Source: Phoronis australis (Eukaryota; Animalia; Phoronida). From it: a DNA stretch of 64,000 bases. The translations under genes and the position numbers were made by a program. The DNA is taken from assembly GCA_002633005.1 (NCBI GenBank), contig NMRA01000557.1, positions 214,155 to 278,154 of the forward strand, in the 5' to 3' direction. Positions 39,540 to 52,561 of the stretch are shown here, piece after piece (within the stretch, counting starts at the first letter, position 1; each line of letters opens with the position of its first letter). The notes under the pieces are model-generated. The model was given only the letters and a program-made list of their open reading frames with translations. It did not search any database and was not told the DNA's origin.

Positions 39540-41995
39540 TGTTATCAATCTGCCCCTGCAGGTGGCGCAGCGATTAGTGGGAATAGTTGAATTAGTTGAA
39601 ATGCGTGATTGGTGTCTCTAACATTGAGCTTGTGGATGACATCATGTAAGTTAGCCTCCTGTCCACAGGTGATGCACTCATTAGTAGGAATCGCTGAATT
39701 AATTGAATCCAAGTAATCCCAAGTCAGCTCAACCTATCCAGCACTGAGCTATTCAACTAATTCAACTAATTCAACCAATTGTAGCGCCATCTAAAGTAAA
39801 ACTGGCAATGTGAGACAGAAAGACCCGAGTAACTGACTTGCCTGCAGGTGGCGCAACAATTAGTGGGAATAGTTGAATTAGTTGAAATGCATGTTCTGTT
39901 CTTGTCAAGTTGATAGCCTTTTGCTGATGTCATGATTGTTAGCAGTCTGTTCCTGTAGGTGGCGCAGCGATTAGTGGGAATAGTTGAGTTAGTTGAAATG
40001 CGTGTTCTGTGTCTGTCAAGTTGTGAGCCTGGTGAGCCTTTTGCCAGCGCCATGTGCTTTATCTGTCTGCCTGCAGGTGGCATAGCGATTAGTGGGAATA
40101 GTTGAATTAGTTGAAATGTGGGTTCTGCGTTTCTTAAGCTGTGACGCTGTAGCTGACATAATGATTGTTATCAGCCTATCCCTTCAGGTGGCGCAGCGAT
40201 TAGTGGGAATAATTGAATAAGTTGAAATGCTTGTTCTGTGTCTCTCACTTTGTTAGCCTGGTGAGCCTTTTGCTGGCGTCATGTACATGTACTTTTTCAA
40301 TCTGCCTGTAGGTGGCGTAGCGATTAGTGGGAATAGTTGAATTAGTTGAAATGTGTGTTCTCTGTCTCTCAAGTTGTGGGCCTGTTGCTGACTTCATGTT
40401 TGATATCAGGTGTGCCTGCAGGTGGCGTAGCGATTAGTGGGAATAGTTGAATTAGTTGAAATGAGTGTTTGGAGTTTCTAAACTTGTGAGCCAGTTGATG
40501 ATGTCATGTATGTTCTCTGTCCCTGCAGGTGGCGCAGCGATTAGTGGGAATAGTTGAATTACTTGGAACGCCTCTTCTGTGCCTCTTAAGTTGTGAGCCT
40601 TTTGCTACTGTCATGATTGTTATCAGTCTTTTCCTGTAGGTGGCACAGCGATTAGTGGGAATAGTTGAATTAGTTGAAATGCTTGTGCGGAGTCTCTAAA
40701 ATGGTGACCCCATTGATTATGTCATTAAGTTTATCTACCTGCTCTACTTGATCTACCTAAGTTTATCTACCCGTTATTTAGTGGGGCATCCCCGTAGGTG
40801 GCGTTATATTTCTGCCTTCAGGTGGCATATTGATTAATGGAATAGTTGAATTAATTGAAATGCGTGTTTGGAGTCTCTAAAATCATGATCCTGATGATGA
40901 CATCATGTAAAATCTAAAGTATAACTGGCAATGTGAGACAGAAAGACCCGAGTAACTGACTTGCCTGCAGGTGGCGCAACAATTAGTGGGAATAGTTGAA
41001 TTAGTTGAAATGCATGCTCTGTTCTTGTCAAGTTGAGAGCCTTTTGCTGATGTCATGATTGTTATCAGTCTGTTCCTGTAGGTGGCGCAGCGATTAGTGG
41101 GAATAGTTGAATTAGTTGAAATGCGTGTTCTGTGTCTGTCAAGTTGTGAGCCTGGTGAGCCTTTTGCCAGCGCCATGTGCTTTATCTCTCTGCCTGCAGG
41201 TGGCATAGCGATTAGTGGGAATAGTTGAATTAGTTGAAATGTGGGTTCTGCGTTTCTCAAGCTGTGAGCCTGTAGCTGACAAAATGTTTGTTATCAGCCT
41301 ATCCCTGCAGGTGGCGCAGCGATTAGTGGGAATAGTTGAATAAGTTGAAATGCTTGTTTTGTGTCTCTCACTTTGTTAGCCTGCATAGTGAGCCTTTTGC
41401 TGGCGTCATGTACTTTTTCAATCTGCCTGTAGGTGGCGTAGCGATTAGTGGGAATAGTTGAATTCGTTGAAATGCGTGTTTGGAGTTTCTAATCTTGTGA
41501 GCCAGTTGATGATGTCATGTACGTTCTCTGTCCCTGCAGGTGGCACAGCGATTAGTGGGAATAGTTGAATTAGTTGAAATGCGTGTGCGGAGTCTCTATG
41601 AAAATGGTGACCCCATTGATTATCTCATGAACTTTATCTACCTGCTCTACTTAATTTACCTAATTTTATCTACCCGTTATTTAGTGGGACATCCCCGTAG
41701 GTGGCGTTATATGTCTGCCTTCAGGTGGTGTATTGATTAATGGAATAGTTGAATTAGTTGAAATGCGTGTTTGGAGTCTCTAAAATCGTGATCCTGATGA
41801 TAACATCATGTACGTTATCTACCTGCCCACAGGAGTAATTGAGTTAGTTGAAATGCGTTTTCTACTTGATCTACTGACCTAACCGTGTTTCTCAAGTTGT
41901 GACTCGGTTGCTGACGTCATATAAATTACATACCAGCCCCCAGATGGCACGTATAGTACGTATAGTTGAATTTTTTGAAATGCGTTTGTTGTGTC
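39540..41995 (+). repeat. Tandem satellite of about 20 units (~107-123 bp) with a ~1.1-kb higher-order duplication
   Basis: Conserved core CCTGCAGGTGGCGCAGCGATTAGTGGGAATAGTTGAATTAGTTGAAATG. The block starting ctaaagta.aactggcaatgtgagacag occurs at 39791 and ~40914. Confidence 0.95.
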
Positions 41996-44900
41996 TCTAA
42001 AGTTGAGAACCTCTATCTGACGTCTTTATCTGTATGTGGGGTAGAGGTAGCTTGAAATATATGAATTTGCTGAAAACTTAACACGGGCATCTTAAATATC
42101 ATTTACCTGTTCATGAAGTCACCATTTCATCTTTCTTTGCATTAACATACTTTAGCGCCTCCTATATCCAGTATTTATATGAGTAAGTGAAAATGTAACA
42201 TAGGGGGCGCTGCAATTAGTTGAACTACAGCTTCCAATTAATCGATTAGTAGGTCCCAACCAAAGATTCTGACATGACTCAATGTTTCCTGGCTTAACCG
42301 AAATATTGCTTCTTCATATATTTTGTACTAATGTAGGGTGAATTTGCCTTTATTATTGTAAACAAATATCCATAGTTCGTTTTTCAGGCACCAATATAGT
42401 AAAGTTACAACTTGTTCCTAGACTTAAATCCGAGACTTCCAGTATACTGTCCGGAAACACATGGCTCTCAAACGATAATATTTAGCTTCTACCAGTATAA
42501 CTGACAAGGATTGAGACGGATTATTTTGAGGACAGGCTCACGTAATCTAGCTGTAGGACGATGACTCATGTTTGGCACACACTGTGACAGTGCTTTCCCA
42601 CTAGACTGAGGTGAAACATTTCTTTTAGCGAAATTTCGGCAAGTGAGAAAGGTAAACTCCGACAGTTAAACTACAAGCAACAAGTCACTGAAAGTGGCGG
42701 GATTTAAAAGCAAAGTTTCGGTACCCACTGAAACTGCAGTGTAGTGGGAAAGGTCCTTGCGAAACTTCGGAGTCGTATGTTCAAAGGTAACGGCAACGAT
42801 ATATAGGATTACATGTACTGTACGTAAATGAGACAAATATGCCGTATGAAAAGAATCCTACGTTGCCGAGATTGGGCAACTCAACCGCTTTACTTACCAC
42901 AAAATCTGCCGGTTCAGATTAAAGACGCCATTCTGTCGTGGTTAATTAAATCGCATCAAGCTGCTGATGTTATCGTTTTTTTAGCTAATGAGACCATCCT
43001 TGAAAAAATGGGGGCACAATAGTAATTTTAAGTTTTCGTTTTGAAAGTTTTTAAATGGCATATTTGAATAGTTCGCAAAAAGCATACACTGTACGTGATT
43101 AGGTTTTTGAATTTTGAAAAATTGGACAAGAAATATTTAATTCAAACCTACAACAAATGTTTAATATTGCAATGATATATTCCTCATTAGTTCTAATGGG
43201 TTTACAGGATAATTGGGCCAATAACATAGTCACCAAGCAGCCCTTGGCTCTGAGGTAAGCCAAGTGCACTGGTACAATTCTTGGCATGCCGCAAAACAGG
43301 ATTTTTGTTATTGAAAAGTCAATTTGCATTGGTACATTTCAATTCTTAAATAAATAAAAGAAACACTTCTGATGAAAAATTACACTGACCGTTTTCATAA
43401 ACACTTGTAAACGGCTGGAGAACATTTTTTTTACTTCGAAACCACCACTCATTATTTGTTTGAGAGAACGAATGAAGTGCACCATCTGAATGTTTTCTCC
43501 GATGACCGGATCGCCATGTGCATGTAGCAATAATTTCGATAATATCGCTGCCCAATTCCGGCTAAGCTTCGGTCAGTGCTGTCCCACTAGAGGCCAAAAT
43601 TCGCCTTCAACGAACTTTCGGTAAGAGAAAGAGTTTGTCGCCAGTAGTTAATATGCAAAAGAAACTTTGTTGAAAATAGTATGATCTTAATTAACGAGAT
43701 ACGGTAAATTCTGTCGGACTTTGCCACCATCTCCTGTTCTCTCACATAAAACTATTTTTGGGTATTGTGGATCCACAATCTCAACTACTCCTGGTACTTT
43801 GCTGTGGGCAATCTCTCCCAGAAAAAGTTCCATGTTGGCAAATTGCTGTTCACAACTTAGCTTGGATTTCAAAATTAAAAAATGCTGTGAATCAAAATAC
43901 ACTGATTGCCAAAACCTAGTGAAACCGGAACTGGTGTATCATAAAAGGAATTATCAATTAGTTGAATAATTAATTAGTGAGTACATGTGTAAATGCTAAG
44001 GAAACGTGATTAAATAGCTCATAAATAATTTTATTGTTATAAATAAGCGTGTTAGCATCCTCTAACAATTATTACAGTAAATGGATCCAGGTCCCAACCC
44101 ACACTGTCAAAACAAATCATAAACTGGGACACACAATGTGCGCTATTTTGAACATGTGTCCTTAGGAACTGAGTGGATCTAGAAACACTTCAGCTGTGAC
44201 CATATTGCTCATGACACTTCGTTCGACGATTGACCACAATGTAACTGACCCGTTTACTGCAACATTGTGTGAGAAGTGTGATTGAACATCTGTATAACCA
44301 AAGCAGATTGGGAAGTTTGATTGAACATAGTGGCAAACCACAGTTTGGAAGCAAATACAATGATAAAGGATTTCTGCTATCATTTTAATAGCTCGAAACG
44401 TGATTTTGGTGGTTACATAATGTAATATGTTACATTCAACCATGCAAAAATTATTCATAAAATTCTGACATCAGAGTATTTCTAAGCTCTAAGGCCACCT
44501 TGGTTAGCTTCAGTCACTTATTGGGATGCATGTAATGTTTTGCTCAACTTGAATGATTTAAAGTGCACAATAAACCTGTTGATGGTGCTTATTTCAATCT
44601 TTGTACGAAATTGGAAAAATATTTCACTTCGATTGGATTCATCGAACTAGTGTTTAGTTTACACATTCAAATAACAAATGACAATAAATGCAGTGAATAA
44701 ACCAGAATCAGTTTGAATTATTTGGTTTAATATTGCATCACGCATTCTCTATATATGCGATCAATAATAGTGTGTGGCTAAAAGATACATGTATCTATCA
44801 AGAACATAAATATAAAGATACTAAAGGAATGTGACTTTGTGGAAAAAACTAATAAGTGTTATGGATGATAATGACATTTTATATCTAAACCATATTAGTT

Positions 44901-45795
44901 GTTTTTCCAAAAGACACATTTCTCAAAAGCATGTTTATAAAAAAGTTGGTCTTACGACAGTTTAAAGCTTAAAAGCTCACGAAAAAATCAAAAGGCATTG
45001 AAAGTTAGATTTTTATGCGTAATATTTAAAAATTACATGTATTGAATAAATTATCTTGCCTTGTTCATTTTAGATAGTAATCGTTTCCTGATTCGGCTTC
45101 CATCAACTTTGGTAATATGACGCAAATTTTAATACGAAGTCACCATTTACAATTGAGATAATAATTCATGCCATTGTTTCAATGTCCACGTTCACCCCCT
45201 GGCAACTGTCGCCAACTTTAAACAAAAATCTACCATGATTTCGTTTCTTGTTCTCAATAGTATTCATTTACACTTGTGACGACTTATTATCGGATTTACA
45301 CAGGCAAACATCATTGGTCAAATAGTTCGGGGCTTATGATATTGCTATGAATAGAGAATCCTACACTTGTCCCAGTTTCATGACATGGTCAATATCTCTT
45401 GGAAATTTCGTCAAAATCCCGATGCTTGTGATTATGACGAAATTTTCAAGAGGTTTGTTTTCTCACATGAACCGTAAAAGCGATTTTTGCCGAAAAAACT
45501 CAGCGTGTCTAAAACTTTCAACCACATGACACCACTTTTGTAAATACACTCTTGCGCAATGTGAAGTAAACTTAACAAATGTAATTTGCATTCAGCTTTC
45601 GTAGCAAATATTATAGGTTATAATCTAATAAATAGTTTTTGAAGTTGCAATATTAAAACTTGACAAATATTTATAAATAACCGTCAGCAAGACTTCCCCG
45701 CGCGTGAGCACTGAATTGATCATCAGACTGGCCCAGCCGGACTGTCTCACCGCATTCCTTGAGTTTGGGTTCGTCTTAGTTTAAATGAACGTGGA

Positions 45796-48700
45796 CAAAG
45801 ATTTTATAGTACTAAGATTTCCGACTTATGACCTAAATACGTCACAGCGTTACACGTAGCGCCACCTTCTGGAGGGCGCTCATACAACATAACAATGGAT
45901 GACTGCAGTGGGTCGTCCGGTGACAAAAAACTTAAGAGGCACGATGTGTTCGGCTGCCAATTGCAGTTTTAGAAACACAGACGAAGAAAAGCGTTCTTTC
46001 TTTCGCTTGCCTAAAGATAAGGAGAGGTAAGTTTATATTCATTTCACATTTCATACCACCGGTGTCAAGTAAGTGCTTGTGATCCGTGAACACGGCCTAG
46101 GCTAGTAGGCTGCATGGTACGGACTCTGAAGGTCTTCCTACTTGAAAATAGGCATAGTTACTAGTAGTTGACAATACCGATACCTGCGTCCGGACTCGAT
46201 TCAAGTAATGAATTATACTATTTTTCTGCCAGGAATGTCATCAAATGCAAATGAACTAGTGTCTCTGTGTTTAGTTGAAGAAGACTTTGTGTGTACAGAT
46301 TGTGTGTCCAGACACTTCAGGTTACACACCGTTACAGGGTCAGTGTTCTGGTCTGGCCTTGTTGGCTGGGTGAAAACTGTGGTGAGATAACACTTTATAG
46401 GCCAGGCTTATTGGGGAATGTTTGCAAGCATGCACTATGTAATGTTATTTTGGTTGGCATTTACAATATTTCTCAGTGTATGGTTCAATTTTAGATGTGC
46501 ACGCTGGGTGCAGAATATTCGTAGATCAGACCTAGTAGGGAAATCCTCAGAACAGCTACGTAACCTACGACTGTGTAGTAGCCACTTTGAAGACAACCAA
46601 TTCACTAATCATCTAAGGTAAGAAAAAGTATTAGTGATTTAGTGTAAACAGTCTGATTTTAGGTAAAGTATCTAGCTCCCAGGCAGTACTACTCTGCACA
46701 CTCTGGATAAGTGTTCCTCAGGCTATCTTGCTGCAAAAGTATCCTGTCATGGAACAGGTATTATTTGGCCAACGTCTGTATAATCCCTTCTTTAGAACAT
46801 TATAGTGACTATAGAACGTTGTTTTGTGACATATTCTACTGTACCCAGACAATTTTGTGTGTTGCACACTCCAGAATATGGTTACATTTATTGTGTTTAG
46901 AAATCGCTTGAACTGGAATGCTGTCCCAACCATATTCAATGTGCCAAACCCTCCGCTCTCTATTGTCTGCAAAAGGAAGGCACCAGCACAGAGAATGGAA
47001 CTACCTATGAAGAAAATCAAGAAGGTTGCTCCACATTTAAGCTCCGGTTTGTCACTTTGTGTTGCATTGCTTGTAGTTTGTGCATGCAGCTGACCATAGG
47101 CGCCGCCTATGGTTTGCATACTCTAATTAATCTAAAGTCCATCATCTGTAACCTGTTCATGCTGTTTTACAGAGTGAGTTGTATTTACAAATTGTAAAAG
47201 AAAAAATGAACAACTGTCCTCATCCAGTACTACTTTATTGACATATGGCTTGTTGTCTGACTGTCATTTTGATTGTCACAGTTTTGTGTTATGCTCTGTT
47301 GAATTGGTTTGTATTGCTTATAACCTGTGTGCTGACCTTTACCACTCATATCCTAAGCATCCTTTAAAGCCTGTGTGAAATCAGATTATGTGTGCTGTGT
47401 TGCCATGAACATTTTTCATTTTCTAACAATTTCCATGCTTGGATTATATAGAGGTAAACGGTTTGCTTATACTTGCTTAATCATTCCATAATCTTGGTTA
47501 TCGTGTCTTTCTGTGTGCTTATCCTGTTTGTTACGAATGTCTTAAAAAAGTACTTAAACTTGTTTCTCAAATATGCACTTGCTATACACCACAACCTGGA
47601 AGTACTTAACAATGTGCAAATTGGTCACAGTTTGTCTGGCACAACTCACTTTGAAATATAACTTCTGTGTGGCAGTATATGACTATGTAACATCACAATT
47701 GCTGTAAAAGGTACTATTTTATTATTACTGTGGTTTTTAAATTGCAAAACTTGAAAAACAAGGACTGGCTTGAACCTGTTAAACTGTTTTAAATGTGATT
47801 TTGGAAAACTTTGAGGATTAACATTTACCCTGAGATATAGTTTGAGTTCAATGCCTAGGGATTTGTATTGATGTCATTGACTTTATATGGAATGGTCAAT
47901 AGTCTGAAGTAGACTGATTATATACAGTATAAGTGGAAAACTTTTCTTGGTAACATTTTCTTTGTATCGGTTGGGCGTGTATGTTCCCTCGAACCTCATA
48001 CATTATCCCTTGTAACTATTGATATGTAGGCAAGATCAAATTTGTTGTTATTTATATTGCAGTTATTCCAAAACATTAGTACTGTAGAAGTGCTAGGTCT
48101 CGTGGCTGAGGTCTCTGTATTATTTCATGTATTGACATGTATTGTAAAATGTATTATAAACATTGTTTTCATACAATTCACCAATTGTGTGTTAAAATTA
48201 CAATGATTGTAATGTGTTTTGAACTGATGTGTTTCAAAGTTGGAATAAAAAATAATATTGATCTACATGCTCTTATTTATTATTACTCTTCCTTTCTTTA
48301 TGCAGTGAGTATTATTTATTATTCAAATTTATTTTATTCCGTGGCTTTCAGCAACAAAACTATGAATATTACGTAATATATGATGATATATTATGCTAAA
48401 ATATATAAATTAGTGTTGTATTTATTTGATTCTGTTGCTGTAGTTAGAAAACTATGTGAAAAATGTCATTCAACTGAATTCAGGGGGTTGCTTCCATACC
48501 AGTCTTAGCCCTGGCAGAGTCGCAGTTAATTACAGTTAAATATTATCATAATTGCATAAATTTCCACATAAATGCAAATGATGATTCCTCAAGATTGATA
48601 TGGCATTGTTTTGTATTGCTATGCCTACAAAGGGATCTGAAAATTTTTTTTGTTCATTTGAAATGCCTTTTGCTTTCATTCTAATGTTATTAGATCACAA

Positions 48701-48958
48701 TAATTATCGTATTGGCCATAACATCATCAATAATTATGTTTTCCTCAAGTAAATTATAAGTATAATTCATCAAAATTGGTTTTATGTCTAAAAAACTTGT
48801 TTTTATTCATGTTAGTTGCAATCTTCAGCTCAAGTCTCAGATCTGGTTTGAGGGTCTCCGAATACAACTTGGTCTCCACCTAATAGGTGGCGCTGTTCCA
48901 AAGTGTGTGACTAGGCAAAGTACATTAGGACGGCCATCTTGGGGATATAGTATCTTTG
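45796..48958 (+). mobile_element. P-superfamily DNA transposon, non-autonomous (3163 bp)
   Basis: Perfect 7-bp TSD ACGTGGA (45789-45795 and 48959-48965). Imperfect ~30-bp TIRs CAAAGATTTTATAGTACTAAGATTTCCGAC versus (rc) CAAAGATACTATATCCCCAAGATGGCCGTC. CA...TG ends and an internal THAP gene. Confidence 0.85.
45944..47093 (+). CDS. Three-exon THAP-domain protein (~132 aa); exons 45944-46026, 46495-46617, 46901-47093
   Basis: GT-AG introns, both phase 2, give MCSAANCSFRNTDEEKRSFFRLPKDKERCARWVQNIRRSDLVGKSSEQLRNLRLCSSHFEDNQFTNHLRNRLNWNAVPTIFNVPNPP...KRKAP...KKIKK. This is an intact C2CH THAP with AVPTIF box and basic NLS-like tail, resembling the THAP12/PRKRIR-type THAP. Confidence 0.85.
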
Positions 48959-49544
48959 ACGTGGATATGGAATTCGCTGCCGAAGATGGGTCTGTTTAAG
49001 AAGTTGTTTTTATGTCCTTCCGACTGGGAGTTGCGGCATCCGATTTGTCAATAATAACATTGTTACCGTCACGAAATTCCGGTATTAGTTGATTGACGTG
49101 CGCTTGAGTGTTTTGCAGACGATTACTTCTTTGCACTACTTCGTGATTTGCCCATGTAATATTAAAAAAATACGTACTCAGTGTTATCAACCAGTCGTGT
49201 GGGAACACATTACAGGTCATTTGAGAAAAATATATATGCTGTTACAAGAATATCTAGGCCCGTAGCAACAAAAAGTTATTGGAGGGCACAAACCAATTTG
49301 ACCTCGCCAACCTACCCCTTGCTTTCTTCACCCCTCTCACCGTTCTTTGAATGTAACTATATTTGTACCGAGCCCCACCCCCCACGTCCGGCAAAGGTGG
49401 TGGTAACACCGGAGATACATTCATCAGGAATTGGGTAACCGTGAACCAACAAAGATTCACGGAGAATAAGAATGGGTCTAGGCCCCAAGCTTACTGACGG
49501 GTAGCTGGGAGCTGCCTCAAGTAATTATAGGTTTATCGAAAGTC

Positions 49545-50070
49545 AAGGTTCCTTTTATCATGATCCAGTTTCGGAAAAACTTCATTTCACTATGGCGATT
49601 CTGTGAAGTAATTTTTGGAAAGATTAGCTCCCGAGTTGCCTGATATCAGTGACGTTGTGGCCGTTTCAGAATCCCTCGAAACTCGGCCGGTAGTCCAGTT
49701 TCTGGTTGCTTGGGAAAATGGTACAGAGTTTGTCACAAAAATGTACACACTTCAACGTCTGGAGTTCAAATTCACTTCCCTTGTGTAACTGAGATTCTAA
49801 GCAAGTCTACTGCATGGTTACACCTTATTTTTAACGTGGGTGTGGCTCTCATGACGTGCTCCATGCATGCTCGCACATATTTCTCTCAAGTGATATACAA
49901 TTCGAGAAAAAAGTGACAGTTGTCTCCGTTATCCCTTGCCAGAGAGGTGCCTCTGGAAAAATATAGTTTTGCAGTCGCAAAATTTGCGAACTGAATATAA
50001 AAATCCAGTAAATTAATACGCTCCACAAAAGCTTCACTTTACAAATTTTATCGATTTTTCGAAATATATG
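49545..50070 (+). repeat. Old interspersed repeat (DNA-transposon-like); diverged copy at ~62890-63380
   Basis: Shared blocks ccagtttcgg.aaa..ttcattt, cacacttcaac...agttcaa.ttca.ttccc and caccttatttttaacgtgggtg. Confidence 0.65.
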
Positions 50071-51026
50071 CATGAAGCATTTCGTGTTCGCTTCCAAGTG
50101 AATTTAGACGACCTGAGCAACGAAAGCGCTGACTGCAACAACAATGTCCTTCCCAAGGTTCTCTGCATTGATACAGAGATGTTAAATATGCTCTTGAGTT
50201 GTCTTTCTTATCCGCATTTAGTAGCCTTTCTTTTCTCGACTGTACCCTTCCCACGACTATGTCGGTTGTCACGGTTTAACCTTGACGCCCTGAAATCATC
50301 AAGTTCTAAGCGGTGTATGAATGAATCTAAAAAGCTTGAAAATAATATACCGGGTTAGATTCAATAAAAATTGCTACCACCTCCACATCAACTGATTATT
50401 TTGTAAAATTATAAATTCTGGGTGTAGAAAAATCGGTCTGATGTCATTCCCTGTTTCTGTGCTAAATTTCATTTATGGAATGTGGAGACAGTTAATGGCT
50501 TGTGGCTGCAATTACAGTTCCAATGTTTACTATTACATCAAAGCAGTTGGATAGCTGAACTGCTGTAGGTACATGTAGAGACCAGGGGGGCTTAGGTCAC
50601 ATGAACTCAAAGGAATTTTCAACCTATGCTTGTTGGGATAAAGCCAAGACAGGACTGGGAGAAATACGGTTGTTATTAATTCTGAGCACAAAATGCGGGG
50701 GCATATGGAATGGTGCTCGTCTTCGATAAGGAACAAAGGCGAAACTGCCTACCAATCTGTGTACGTCGGCCAAATTAAATTCTAAGTTTGTGGTTAGAAC
50801 ACCGTAGTTGTGTCGTCCAGAGAATTACAACGGCATCGAGTATGAGAATTTTTTTGTTGGGATAGAAGTTACAGTCGTACATGTACATGTAAACGCAGTT
50901 TAATTATTAGTAAATTCATTATCAGTATCATATTTATTACATATCACTCTCGATAAAGTACTTCTGATTACAACAACAAAATTAATAATAATAATAATAA
51001 TAAAAGTAATAATAATAATATCAATA

Positions 51027-52280
51027 ACAACTAGAAAGATTATTGTCACGGCGTGACAATAATGGACTGTGCCCGTGCATATTACTGGAATTACTATGGG
51101 AAGTTACTGACAGCAACCCGTTTACCAATATGAAAAGGAATTCTTTAAAATTGTAAGAGAAATTACATATTAATTTTTGATGACCTTTATACTAATTGAC
51201 CTCTTCTGGTGCATTATGAGCCCCGATGAGGGAGTAATTGTTAACTCAATTAAAAGTGTGGTTAATGCTAATAATCACATATGTTTTACTTTATGCACTT
51301 CAGAATACAAGATGAATAAAGTGGTCAAACTTTCAGAAGAAAAATGCACCTAATGACCCCATGGGTGCACCAAATGACCTGAAAATTTAGAATTCAAACC
51401 CAATCGTACTTAGTAAACCGATACGAAATTCTGAAGTCTAGCTAAAAATTTTAGTTTGCACTCAATGACCTTTGACCTATTTTTCTGATTGGTTAGGCCT
51501 ATTGCAAAGTAAAGTAGGGTATTCAATTGGCATGTTGGCTTACACCAGTGTGCTGAAATTGAAAAGAATTCCTTGAAAAACGTAAGAAATATAACATTTT
51601 GAACGTTACATGATCTTTGCACTAATTGACCTTATCCGGTGCATTTTAAGCATCTTTAGGAGAATTATTGCAAAGCCCATGGAAAATTTGTTTAACGCTG
51701 AGAATCACAGTTGTCTAACGGTTGACACTTCAGAATACTTGCGGATTGAAAAGGTAAAATTTTCAGAAGAAAAATGCACCTAGTGACCCCATGTTTGCAC
51801 TAAATGACCTGAAACTTTGTATTCCGATTTGATTTAGGTGTGGCAATCAGACCTGTCATTTTGAAGTGTCTAGCTCAAAATTTTTGTTTGCACCTACTGA
51901 CCTTTGACCTATTTCACCTGATTGGATGACCCGATTTCTTAGAAAAGTAACTATTTACATTGACATGTGGACTTATACCTGTGCACTGAATTTGAAAAAG
52001 ATAGCTTTCAAACTGAAGGAGGAGTAGCATTTTGAAAATTATATGACCTTTGCACCAAACGACCTCTTCCGGTGCAATATGGAATATGATTATATAACCA
52101 ATCAAAATTTATATACTGTCAAAAGTCATATGCCGAATTTAAAGACCGTACCTCCACCCAATTTGGAGATATTAAGCCTCAAATTTGGTCCGAAGAAGAA
52201 TAAGAAGAATAAGAAGAATAAGAATAAAATTGAAGAAAACCCAGGAACAACAGTACTCTGCGCTTACACGCGCAGAGTAA
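51027..52280 (+). mobile_element. Helentron-associated non-autonomous element (HINE/DINE-1-like) with internal ~430-bp tandem units
   Basis: Palindrome ATTATTGTCACG-g-CGTGACAATAAT at 51039-51063. Units begin TGACCTTT..AC.AA.TGACCT at 51181, ~51611 and ~52044. (AAG/AAT) microsatellite at ~52193-52228 and terminal hairpin TACTCTGCGC-ttacac-GCGCAGAGTA at 52254-52279. Inserted in an (AAT)n tract. Confidence 0.65.
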
Positions 52281-52561
52281 TAATAATAATAAGGTTTATT
52301 GATGAAATACATGAATTACGGAATTGCAGCACGCGTTTGCCAAATAATGTACAACATGGTTGTCATGAGGTTCGAATAAATTATAAGAAAAATAAATGAC
52401 GTCTTACCAGACGTAAAATCTAGTGACATTAGGATTTCATTCAAATTGTATGTGCACTCTAATTTTTCACTCCTTAATGCACTTCAGTAAAATATTCGTA
52501 CTTGTACTAGGAATTTTTTCCAATTACAACTGTTACACCGTCTTGCAAACTAATAATTGAT

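Noticed and set aside
39766-41260. ORFs 39766-40083 and 40883-41260 with repeated ISTNSTIPTNRCAT peptides
   Set aside because: These are translations of the satellite's reverse strand, with no evidence of coding function.
39540-41995. CRISPR-like array (constant ~50-bp repeat plus variable ~60-bp spacers)
   Set aside because: The 'spacers' are homologous to one another (aagttgtgagcc...gctga.gtcatg...gttatc) and are duplicated in higher-order blocks. There are no cas genes and the context is eukaryotic, so this is a satellite.
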